In this document: positions 26,978 to 37,670 of the stretch, piece after piece | Position numbering within the stretch: position 1 is the stretch's first letter | How the letters are laid out: each line of letters starts with the position of its first letter | From: a bacterium | Lineage (GTDB): Bacteria; Patescibacteriota; Patescibacteriia; UBA9934; GWF2-40-263 | Direction: 5' to 3' | DNA length: 62,747 bases | Assembly: GCA_021789915.1 (NCBI GenBank) | Contig: JAJYIV010000003.1 | Location: forward strand, 1 to 62,747 | Made by a program: the position numbers and the translations under genes | The notes under the pieces: generated by a model | Database searches by the model: none | The model's input: only the letters and a program-made list of their open reading frames with translations | Told to the model about the DNA's origin: nothing

Positions 26978-27003
26978 AGGAGAGCAGTGTAGCACGGGGA
27001 GGC

Positions 27004-27045
27004 GTCAGCCATCAGCCGTCAGCCGTCAGCCATCAGCCGTCAGGC
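27004..27045. repeat. six tandem heptamers (G/A)TCAGCC
   Basis: gtcagcc atcagcc gtcagcc gtcagcc atcagcc gtcaggc, ~27 nt upstream of the kinase-like gene start. Confidence 0.85.
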
Positions 27046-27117
27046 GGCAAGCTACTGGACCACAACTCGTTCGCGGCACGCAAAAAAAAGACGCATCCCG
27101 CGGATGCGTCCGTTCCT

Positions 27118-27735
27118 CTACGCCGCGTGCGGCGCCGTTTCTTTTCCGCCTCCGTCGAGCAACAGGAGGTAGTCGGTAAGGCCGGGACCTCGGTAGGGCG
27201 TCCAGTGCGGCGGCGTCCGCTGGTGGAACCATCCCTTGACGCGCGCATCGCCGATGACGAGCGTGAGGTCGCCCTTCTCGTCCGTCGGATCGAACGCGAG
27301 CGTCCCCGAACGCGTCTGCATCCACGACGTCAACTGCACTGAATCACCCAGGCCAGGGTGATGGCGTCTTCCTTCCACGAACCGATCAGTCAAAACCGCT
27401 CCTTTGTCGAAACGCCGTTGCGCGGCGATGCGCCCGACGTGCAGCGCGTCCGGCGATCCCGGGTCCGTCTCTTCGTGCCTATACGAGGCGCTCCTTCCGT
27501 ACCGCACCAGGAGAAAGAGCTCGCCCGCGTGCGCCGCAAGCTCGGCGTCGAGCGCGCGGTGCTTCCGCTCTTGCTCGCTCGTGAAGTCCGGGCCGAAAGC
27601 GAGGACCAAGTAGTCGATCAGGAGATCGCCCGTCGATTCTTCGGTGCGCAGCCGCTGCTCCAGCTTCTGCTTTTCCTGCGCCAGCGTCGCCGTTTGGGCG
27701 CGCAGCCGTTCGAGCATTTCCCTCGCCGTTTCCAT
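27118..27735 (-). CDS. hypothetical protein (N-terminal coiled coil)
   Basis: ORF downstream of rluD on the same strand, with the start trimmed to METAREML. No family recognised. Confidence 0.5.
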   Translation of the reverse strand: METAREMLERLRAQTATLAQEKQKLEQRLRTEESTGDLLIDYLVLAFGPDFTSEQERKHRALDAELAAHAGELFLLVRYGRSASYRHEETDPGSPDALHVGRIAAQRRFDKGAVLTDRFVEGRRHHPGLGDSVQLTSWMQTRSGTLAFDPTDEKGDLTLVIGDARVKGWFHQRTPPHWTPYRGPGLTDYLLLLDGGGKETAPHAA

Positions 27736-27803
27736 CTTCTCCTCCTCGCGGAACTTCCGCGCCGGCACCGTACGCCCGTCCGCCTGCGCGCGCAAGGGTG
27801 GCG

Positions 27804-28724
27804 TCAGCGCCGCGGGAGCGAGGCCAGCAGCGCCTGCAAATCCTCCGGCAGCGGCGCGGCGAAAGAGACGCGCGTGCCGTCGGGCAAATCAAAGGACAAA
27901 CTCGACGCGTGCAGGAACACGCGGTTGAGCGCGATGGGACGGATGTGGCGCATGTGCGCCTTCTTGTAGAGCGGATCGCCCACGAGCGGATGGTTGATGG
28001 CGAAGAAGTGCGTGCGGATCTGGTGCGTGCGGCCGGTGTGCGTGCGCACGTCCACCAAGGTCGCCGTCTTCAGCCGCTCCGCGACGTCGTATTCCGTCAC
28101 GGCTTCTTTCCCCTCCTGCGATTCGGGCCGCGCCACCATGCGCCCGCGGCCGCGCGAGCGCGCGATCTTCAGGCGGATGACGTCGTGATCCTTCGACAGC
28201 GCGCCATAGCACAGCGCGACGTAGTGCTTTTCCGTTTCGTGCGCGGCAAACTGGCGTTTCAGCGACGCGAAGGCCGGCGGCGTCTTGGCGACGACCATGA
28301 GGCCGGAAACGTCCTTGTCCAGCCGGTGCACGATGCCCGGGCGCAGCGGATCGTCGCCGATCGCGGCGATCTTTTTGTCATGGGCCACGGCGGCTCCTGC
28401 CACGGTCGGGACTTCTTCATCCGCGCGGTTTGGATGGACGAGCAGCCCCGCCGGCTTGTTCACCACCAACACGTCGTCGTTCTCGAAGACGATGTCGAGC
28501 TTCGGGAGCGCGGCCTTGGCGTACACGGGCTCTCTGACGTCTTCGACGGACAGCTCGTCGCCCGCCTTGGCCTGCGCGTGCGCGATCGCCGGCTTGCCGC
28601 CGCGCATGACGGCGCCCTGCTTGAACAGCGCCTGCGCACGGCGGCGCGAAACGCCAAGGCGCGCCGCGAGCAGGATGTCGAGGCGCGTGCCGGCTTCCTC
28701 GTGCGTGATGATGAACGGCGGCAT
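27804..28724 (-). CDS. rluD: RluA-family 23S rRNA pseudouridine synthase (RluD-like)
   Basis: S4-like N-terminus and the catalytic motif HRLDKDVSGLMVVAKT. Confidence 0.85.
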   Translation of the reverse strand: MPPFIITHEEAGTRLDILLAARLGVSRRRAQALFKQGAVMRGGKPAIAHAQAKAGDELSVEDVREPVYAKAALPKLDIVFENDDVLVVNKPAGLLVHPNRADEEVPTVAGAAVAHDKKIAAIGDDPLRPGIVHRLDKDVSGLMVVAKTPPAFASLKRQFAAHETEKHYVALCYGALSKDHDVIRLKIARSRGRGRMVARPESQEGKEAVTEYDVAERLKTATLVDVRTHTGRTHQIRTHFFAINHPLVGDPLYKKAHMRHIRPIALNRVFLHASSLSFDLPDGTRVSFAAPLPEDLQALLASLPRR

Positions 28725-28725
28725 G

Positions 28726-28902
28726 TCAGAAGAACAAGGTGAGGCTTCGATACAGGATGCCGTACAGGATGACAAGGATGACCCCGGCGTAAATCAGATG
28801 CTCGGAACCCATGGTGCCGTTGTGGTCGTGGCTGCGCTTCGCCTCGTGGTGCAGCAGGAACCCGACGATGATGAGGAAGACGCCGATGAAGAGAAACGGC
28901 AT
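28726..28902 (-). CDS. possible 58-aa two-TM membrane protein (below the ORF-track cutoff)
   Basis: MPFLFIGVFLIIVGFLLHHEAKRSHDHNGTMGSEHLIYAGVILVILYGILYRSLTLFF. Its stop lies 1 nt before the rluD ATG. Confidence 0.4.
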   Translation of the reverse strand: MPFLFIGVFLIIVGFLLHHEAKRSHDHNGTMGSEHLIYAGVILVILYGILYRSLTLFF

Positions 28903-28968
28903 AGGGCTTGCTTCGCAAGAAGATCCAAAGGAGGCAAAGAACCAAGATTCAAGATTTTGTTTTTCTCA

Positions 28969-29045
28969 TGGTGGGTCCGCTTGGATTCGAACCAAGGACC
29001 ATCGAGGTATAAGCTCGACGCTCTAACCAACTGAGCTACGGACCC
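28969..29045 (-). tRNA. tRNA-Ile with a genomically encoded TAT (UAU) anticodon
   Basis: Manual cloverleaf: GGGTCCG TA GCTC AGTTGGTTA GAGC G TCGAG CTTATAC CTCGA TGGTC CTTGG TTCGAAT CCAAG CGGACCC A CCA. Confidence 0.85.
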
Positions 29046-29167
29046 GCATGAGACCCATTCTAGGCGCGGCCCCGGCGTTTGTGAAGGCCGTTTTTCGTCT
29101 ATGCCACGCGCTTTTGCCGATGCCGCCGGTTGATCCTCGCCGACGGAACGACTATGCTGGGAGCGCT

Positions 29168-29596
29168 ATGGGAACGGACTTGGCTTGGCTGACGGGCGTC
29201 CTCGCGTTCTTTTGGTTCCTGCTCTACTGGATTCTCGGCGGCGTGGCGTTCGCGCTGCTCCTTTTGCTGCGTTTGAGCCGCATCCGTAAAGTGCGCTTCG
29301 GCTGTCTCTTCACGCTCTACGCGCTCGCCGTGGCTGTGACGGCGGCATATGGCGGCGTGCGCTATTCGCACGAGGCGATCGGCCAATGCCTGGCGGAGGC
29401 CGACAATCGCGCTCAAGTCGTCACGGCGATTTTCGGCTGCGGCGGCATCGGCATCATCGGCGCCTTCGTCCTTGGCGCCTCGGCCATTCTGTTCGGCGGG
29501 CTCTTCCTCCTGCTCATTTCGCGGCGGCATCGCGCCGTCGGCGGGCCGCCCGTGGCGGAAGCGCCGTCGGGCCAGCCCGCGCACCGGTATTTCTGA
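29168..29596 (+). CDS. hypothetical multi-pass membrane protein
   Basis: About four hydrophobic helices (LAWLTGVLAFFWFLLYWILGGVAFALLLLL...). The start is trimmed to MGTDL. Confidence 0.5.
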   Translation: MGTDLAWLTGVLAFFWFLLYWILGGVAFALLLLLRLSRIRKVRFGCLFTLYALAVAVTAAYGGVRYSHEAIGQCLAEADNRAQVVTAIFGCGGIGIIGAFVLGASAILFGGLFLLLISRRHRAVGGPPVAEAPSGQPAHRYF

Positions 29597-29645
29597 ATCC
29601 GTTGACAGACGCACGGCAATCGCATATCATGCGCGCGCCCGTTGA

Positions 29646-29722
29646 GGGCGGCTAGCTCAGTTGGTTAGAGCGTCACATTGACATTGTGAAGGTCAGAGGT
29701 TCGAATCCTCTGCCGCCCACCA
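29646..29722 (+). tRNA. tRNA-Val (anticodon GAC)
   Basis: GGGCGGC...anticodon loop TTGACAT...GGTTCGAATCC...GCCGCCCACCA. Confidence 0.9.
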
Positions 29723-29866
29723 TCAACCTGTCTTCGGACCGAAAAAGTCCAAATGGAAACGCGCCAATCGGTCCGCCTGATGGCGCGTTTTCCGTCGGCT
29801 GGAGCAAGGCCGACCGTCGAGCCGGCAAGGCATCCATCTGTCGGCGGCGTCTGCGATCGCACGAGC

Positions 29867-30109
29867 GTGCGCCGCATCGGCTGGCACGTCCTGCGGCATT
29901 CGTTCGCGTCGCAATTTGCCGGAGCAGCGGTGCCGATGCCGGCGGTGCAACAGCTCCTCGGGCACTCGACCATCAACATGACGATGCGCTACGCGCACGC
30001 GGCTCCGTCCATCCTCCGCGACGCCGTTTCCGTCCTCGATCGGATCGCCCAAGAAGCCCGTCTACGGCAACACTTAGGGCAACACCAGGCCGTTTCCGTA
30101 CATGCCTGA
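29867..30109 (+). pseudogene. C-terminal remnant of a tyrosine recombinase/phage-type integrase
   Basis: WHVLRHSFASQFAGAAVPMPAVQQLLGHSTINMTMRYAH shows the catalytic R, H-x-x-R-type box and Y region. No N-terminal or core-binding part is present, since tRNA-Val sits only ~145 nt upstream. Confidence 0.65.
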
Positions 30110-30191
30110 GGCGTCTGACAACGGTTTGAAGGCTCCGACTTCTCCGCTTCGCACACACAAAAATCCCGACCATACAAGGTCGGGATCTCTG

Positions 30192-30278
30192 TGGTGCGGA
30201 CGGAGGGATTTGAACCCTCAATCCCTTGCGGGCGCCAGCCCCTCAAGCTGGTGCGTATACCAATTCCGCCACGTCCGC
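30192..30278 (-). tRNA. tRNA-Leu (anticodon GAG)
   Basis: The reverse complement folds as GCGGACG...CCAGC TTGAGGG GCTGG...long variable arm...GGTTCAAATCC...CGTCCGCACCA. Confidence 0.88.
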
Positions 30279-30318
30279 GCGTGCGGCGCCAGGATCATAA
30301 CGGATGATCGGCGGAAGA

Positions 30319-31098
30319 TCAAGAAGCGGCGCCGGGATGCGTGGCCGCGCCGCCGAATTGCCGGTTGCGGCCGGTGATCACTTTGAAACAGCGCGGCTCC
30401 ACGGCCACGTCGAAGCGCGTGGCCGTCAACGGCTCGCCGTCGGCGCTCAGGGCGATCGGCTCATCGCTGCGGATCTCGAACGAGGGCGAGGGGATGACGG
30501 ACGTCGCCGTGCGCGGACGGCGGAACCATCCGCCCGGTATCGGCACGCGCAGCACGGCCTCCAGGCAGCCATCCGTCGGAATGGCCGTGTGGCCGGCGGC
30601 CGGATCCATGCCGGCGCCGAGATTCAGGATTTCCAATGTCGCCGGCGCGGACGGCTTCACGCGGAACCCGTCGCAGACAAGTTCCGCCAGGAATGCTTCC
30701 GCATACAACCCGTTCAGGAACCGCCGGCCGTTCACGGCGCCCAAATCAATCGTCTCCACGATGCGCGCGGACAGCACGTCGCAGGCAGGAAGCCCAGGCG
30801 GAACGCCGAACATGCGCGCCAAGGCGTCCGGCGTCCCCATGGGAATAAGCCCGAGCGTCGCCTTCCCTTCGGCCACGACGTCAAGCACCTTGCGCACGGT
30901 CGAATCGTCGCCGACGGCGACCACCGTGTTCACGCCCCGCCGGATCTCGTCGCGAATCATTTCTCCCGGGTCGCGAAAAAGGGCGAGGCGGGCGACCTTG
31001 CCGGAGAGCCCCAGGTCCGTCACGCGGTTTTCGATCTGGATGATATCCTTCTCGAACCGCTTCTCCTGGATGAAATCGTCGTAGATGTAGAGGTACAC
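30319..31098 (-). CDS. diacylglycerol/lipid kinase catalytic-domain protein (YegS/BmrU-like)
   Basis: VVAVGDDSTV occupies the GGDGT position, and GLIPMGTPDALAR occupies the GxxPxGTxNDFA position. Confidence 0.75.
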   Translation of the reverse strand: MYLYIYDDFIQEKRFEKDIIQIENRVTDLGLSGKVARLALFRDPGEMIRDEIRRGVNTVVAVGDDSTVRKVLDVVAEGKATLGLIPMGTPDALARMFGVPPGLPACDVLSARIVETIDLGAVNGRRFLNGLYAEAFLAELVCDGFRVKPSAPATLEILNLGAGMDPAAGHTAIPTDGCLEAVLRVPIPGGWFRRPRTATSVIPSPSFEIRSDEPIALSADGEPLTATRFDVAVEPRCFKVITGRNRQFGGAATHPGAAS

Positions 31099-31136
31099 AC
31101 GAACAAACCGACGGGTGCCCCCATCGGTCCAAAGCC

Positions 31137-31505
31137 CTACGCCTCGTCCTCCTCCGCCTCCTTGCCCATGGCGACGCGCCCGTTCACCTGGGCGCCGGCG
31201 GCCACCGACAGGACGCGGGCGGACACGTCGCCGTCCACGCGCGACGTCTCAAGCAATTCCAGCCGGTCTTCCACCTGCAGGTTCCCACGGATGCGCCCGG
31301 CCACGACGGCCGACTGCGCCTGCACGTTCGCCTCGATCGCCGCCGTCTCGCCCACGCGCAAAGCGCTGGCCGTGCGGATGGTCCCGGCCACTTCCCCGTC
31401 GATCACCACGTCGCCCTGGCTCGCGAAATCCCCCTCGACCTTCACGCCCTGGGCGATGACGGTCTCCTGATGCTGGTTGTTCCCCATATTGGGCTTGCCG
31501 AACAT
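31137..31505 (-). CDS. bactofilin (polymer-forming cytoskeletal protein)
   Basis: Beta-helical repeat pattern: VKVEGDF.SQGDVVIDGEVAGTI...RVGETAAIEANV...VVAGRIRGNL. Confidence 0.85.
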   Translation of the reverse strand: MFGKPNMGNNQHQETVIAQGVKVEGDFASQGDVVIDGEVAGTIRTASALRVGETAAIEANVQAQSAVVAGRIRGNLQVEDRLELLETSRVDGDVSARVLSVAAGAQVNGRVAMGKEAEEDEA

Positions 31506-31561
31506 ATGACGAATGAAGCCCCCCTGTTGGGGGACAGTGTAGCATAGAATTTCCCCTTTGG

Positions 31562-31616
31562 GATCCTTCCCCCGCCTGCATGCAGGCGGGGTCAGCAGGC
31601 GGGGTCAGGATGACAC
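31562..31616. repeat. REP-like palindromic element (core ccccgcctgcatgcaggcgggg)
   Basis: gatccttc-ccccgcctgcatgcaggcgggg-tcag(caggcggggtcag)gatgacac. The same element occurs at 33467-33508. Confidence 0.85.
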
Positions 31617-31640
31617 GGCCTCCCGTTGGGGTCTGTCGTG

Positions 31641-33353
31641 TCACATCTCCTTCACCGTCTCCATCCCCAAGAGCGCCAAGCCGTTTTTCAAGACCTGCCC
31701 CGTGGCGGCGCACAATCCCAGGCGCTGCGCGACGATCTCGGCGCCTTCGTCGGAGAGGATGGGCACCTCGGCGTAGAACTCGGCAAAGCGCTTGGCGAGA
31801 TCGAAGAGATATTGGGCCAGCAGCGACGGGCGCATCTGCGCGGCCGCGTCGAAGACGGCCTCGGGATAGGAAGCGAGGAAGATCAGCAGGCGCCGTTCGG
31901 GAAGCGCGGAGAGATGCGCGGCGGCGAAGGACGGCTTGGCGCGGCCGGCTTTCCTGAGCACGCTGGCGATGCGCGCCAAACTGTAGAGCAGGTACGGCCC
32001 GGTGCAGCCGTCGAAGGACAGCGCCTCATCCATGTCGAAGACGATTTTCCTGTCGGGATCCTGCTTGAGCATGCCGAAGCGGATGGCGGCGAAGGCGATT
32101 TTCCGCGCGGCGGCGTCGACGTCCTTCGGCGCCCAGTCGGGGTGCCGTTCGGCCGTCTCTTCGCGCGCATGCGCGATCATTTCGTCGCGGAAGAACTCGT
32201 AGCGGATGATCGTGCCCTTGCGCGAAGACATGGCGCCTTCCTTGAGCGTCACGAACTCATAGGACACGTGCGTGAGCTCCTCCGTTTTGCCCATCTTCCT
32301 GAGCGTGGCGAACAGCTGACTCATGGCGAGCGACTGGCGGCCGTCCACGACGTACAGGCTGCGCTGGGCGCGGAAATCCTGCTCCTTGCGCATCGCGAGC
32401 GCCAAATCCTTGGCGTTGTACAGAAGCGTCCCGTCGGATTTCACCAGCAGATTCACGCCGAGCCCTTCGGTTTCCAAATCGACGATCCACGCGCCCTGGC
32501 TGTGGAGTGCGAGGCCCCGCTTGATCAGCTGTTCGACGATGGCCTTTGTCTCGCCGATCAAGTCGCTCTCGTAATAAAACGTCTCAAGCGGCAGGCGCAG
32601 CTCCTTGAACACGGCCTTCATGGCCGCAAGCGACCACTGGCGCGTTTTCTTCCACAGCGCGCGGTACGGCCCGGTGCCTGCCTCGAGTTCGCGGTGCAGC
32701 GCCGAGACCTCCTGCTTGGCCGCCGGGTCCTCGGCCATCTTCGCCGTGGCCGCCGCGTACATCCGGCCCATGAACGTCACGGGGTCTTCGCCCTTTGGCG
32801 GCAACTCGCCTTGATGCAGGTGCTTGATGCCCCACAGGCACGCGGCGACATGCGCGCCAAGATCGTTGATGTAGGACACGGGCACCGTTTCGTAGCCGTT
32901 GGCCGACAGCAGGTTGGTCAGGGACTGGCCGAGGAAAAAATTGCGCAGGTGGCCGACGTGGATGTCCTTGTGCGTGTTCGGGTTGGCGTACTCGATGAGC
33001 ACGCGCACGCCGCGCGGCTCTTCCGCCGTGCCGTAAGCCTCGCCTTTTTCCTTGATCTGCGCCAGGACGGCCGAGCCGAGCGCGGACGGATCAAACGTGA
33101 AGTTGACATACGGCCCTGCGGCGTCGACCGATCGGATGAATCCTTTCGGTCCGATCTTCGCGGCGATTTCCGACGCAATCTCCGTCGGCGGGCGCTTCAA
33201 ACCCTTGGCCAAACCGAAGCACGGGAACGACGCGTCGCCCATGTCGGGGTTCGGCGGCACGGTCAAGTCGCCGATGTCCGGCGTGAACTCGCGGCCGACG
33301 GCCTTTTTCAATTCCGTGAGGATTTGCTGCTTGGCCTCGTGGAGCGCGTACAT
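31641..33353 (-). CDS. argS: arginine--tRNA ligase
   Basis: HIGH-type NPNTHKDIHVGHLRN and KMSK-type AMSSRKG. The start is trimmed to MYALHEAK, because the track ORF extends through the upstream repeats. Confidence 0.95.
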   Translation of the reverse strand: MYALHEAKQQILTELKKAVGREFTPDIGDLTVPPNPDMGDASFPCFGLAKGLKRPPTEIASEIAAKIGPKGFIRSVDAAGPYVNFTFDPSALGSAVLAQIKEKGEAYGTAEEPRGVRVLIEYANPNTHKDIHVGHLRNFFLGQSLTNLLSANGYETVPVSYINDLGAHVAACLWGIKHLHQGELPPKGEDPVTFMGRMYAAATAKMAEDPAAKQEVSALHRELEAGTGPYRALWKKTRQWSLAAMKAVFKELRLPLETFYYESDLIGETKAIVEQLIKRGLALHSQGAWIVDLETEGLGVNLLVKSDGTLLYNAKDLALAMRKEQDFRAQRSLYVVDGRQSLAMSQLFATLRKMGKTEELTHVSYEFVTLKEGAMSSRKGTIIRYEFFRDEMIAHAREETAERHPDWAPKDVDAAARKIAFAAIRFGMLKQDPDRKIVFDMDEALSFDGCTGPYLLYSLARIASVLRKAGRAKPSFAAAHLSALPERRLLIFLASYPEAVFDAAAQMRPSLLAQYLFDLAKRFAEFYAEVPILSDEGAEIVAQRLGLCAATGQVLKNGLALLGMETVKEM

Positions 33354-33560
33354 AGAAAATTCCTTCTCGTCATTGCGAGGAGCGATCAGAGCCGCAGGCC
33401 GACGATGTCGGCCGAAGCAATCCTGTTTTCCCTTCGTGTCATTCCGAGCGCAGCGAGGAATCTCGAGATCCTTCCCCCGCCTGCATGCAGGCGGGGTCAG
33501 GATGACACAAGGGAATAGTTGCAAGATTGCTTCGCTCCCTGCGGTCGCTCGCGGTGACGA
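33354..33560. repeat. cluster of 4-5 different REP-like hairpin units upstream of argS
   Basis: cattgcgaggagc...gaagcaatcc; gtcattccgagcgcagcgaggaatc; gatccttc-ccccgcctgcatgcaggcgggg-tcaggatgacac; gattgcttcgctccctgcggtcgctcgcggtgac. Confidence 0.8.
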
Positions 33561-33561
33561 G

Positions 33562-34749
33562 TTAAATCACGCGCACGAAGAACCGTTTGCCTTTTTGGAT
33601 CACGTCGCCCGGCTTGGCCGCCGCCTCGATGTCTTTGACGACGGTGCCGTTCACCTTCACGCCGCCCTGCTCGATCTGTCGGCGGGCGTCGCCGCGCGAC
33701 GCGCAGAGCGCAGCACCGACGAGCGCATCGAGCACGGTTGATGCCGCCACTTCCGGCATCTCATCCGGTGTTTCATGCTGGCGGAACGTTTTGACGAAGC
33801 TTTCCGCCGCGGCGTCCGCGGCCTCGCGGCCATGGAAAAACGCGACGATTTCGCGCGCCAAACGGTCCTTGGCGTCGCGCGGGTTGAGCGTTTCCGAGCT
33901 CAGTCCGCGGCTGATCGTCCGCAATTCGTCGCGCGGCACGTCGGTCAGGATCTCGAAGCCGGAAACGATCATGCCGTCCGGCCAGCTCATCACCTTGCCG
34001 TACATGTCTTCCGGCGCGTCGCCGAGCGTGATCATGTTGCCTTCGCTTTTGCCCATTTTCTTTCCCGTCGGATCCGTAAGCAGCTCCATGCCGATGACGA
34101 ACTTTTCCATGCCCTTCAGATCCTTCATCAAATCGCGGCCGGCAAGCATGTTGAACGTCTGGTCATTGCCGCCGATCTCGCCGTCCGTGTCGAGCGCCAC
34201 CGAATCATAGCCCTGCATCAACGGATACAGGAATTCATGCAGATAGATAGGCTTTGCCTCCTGCATGCGCCGCTCGAACATGTCGCGCTCAAGCATCTGT
34301 TGCACGGTGAAATGCGACGCGAGGTCCACGATTTCCGTCAGCGTCAGCTTGGAAAGCCATTCGCTGTTGAACCGCAGCTCGGCAGGGTTCTCGCCGTCGA
34401 AGCTGAGGATTTTGGATGCCTGCTGCTTGTAATTTTTGGCGTTCTCGAGCACTTCCTCGCGCGTGAGGCGCCGGCGCGTGGCCGTTTTGTCCGTCGGGTC
34501 GCCGATCATGCTCGTGAAGTCGCCGACGAGCAGCACGGCGCGGTGCCCCATCTCCTGCCAGCGCCGCAGTTTGCGCAGGGTGATGGCGTGACCAAGGTGC
34601 AAGGACGGTCCCGTGGCGTCGATGCCGAGGTACAGGGTCAAGCGCTTGCCCTCCGCGAGGCGCGCGCGCAAAAAATCTTCCGACGGGAAGATCTTTTCAA
34701 CGCCGCGGGTGAGAAATTCGTCGAGGTTGGAGACGGTTTCCGTAGCCAT
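33562..34749 (-). CDS. tyrS: tyrosine--tRNA ligase
   Basis: GIDATGPSLHLGHAI (HIGH), KKMGKSEGN (KMSKS) and a C-terminal S4 domain. The start is trimmed to MATETV. Confidence 0.95.
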   Translation of the reverse strand: MATETVSNLDEFLTRGVEKIFPSEDFLRARLAEGKRLTLYLGIDATGPSLHLGHAITLRKLRRWQEMGHRAVLLVGDFTSMIGDPTDKTATRRRLTREEVLENAKNYKQQASKILSFDGENPAELRFNSEWLSKLTLTEIVDLASHFTVQQMLERDMFERRMQEAKPIYLHEFLYPLMQGYDSVALDTDGEIGGNDQTFNMLAGRDLMKDLKGMEKFVIGMELLTDPTGKKMGKSEGNMITLGDAPEDMYGKVMSWPDGMIVSGFEILTDVPRDELRTISRGLSSETLNPRDAKDRLAREIVAFFHGREAADAAAESFVKTFRQHETPDEMPEVAASTVLDALVGAALCASRGDARRQIEQGGVKVNGTVVKDIEAAAKPGDVIQKGKRFFVRVI

Positions 34750-34826
34750 AACGTTCGTATCGTAGCCAAAAGAGACGGAAACCGCAATGATTCGCGCAAA
34801 GACCGCCCCGGCCGGGGCGGATTTGC

Positions 34827-37595
<2,769 letters not shown>

Positions 37596-37670
37596 AGCTT
37601 AGAGGAACCGCGCTCGCTTGGCAACGAAAAAACCGCCCGGCGTCCACGAGAGGACGACGAGCGGCGAGTG

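Noticed and set aside
29723-30191. An intact genomic island or prophage between tRNA-Val and tRNA-Leu.
   Set aside because: Only ~470 bp separate the two tRNAs, and they contain just the integrase C-terminal stump with no cargo genes.
33354-33560. Possible T-box or other leader upstream of argS (also considered upstream of tyrS and valS).
   Set aside because: No T-box consensus or specifier-loop architecture is visible. The region is composed of recognisable REP-like hairpin units that recur elsewhere in the window.
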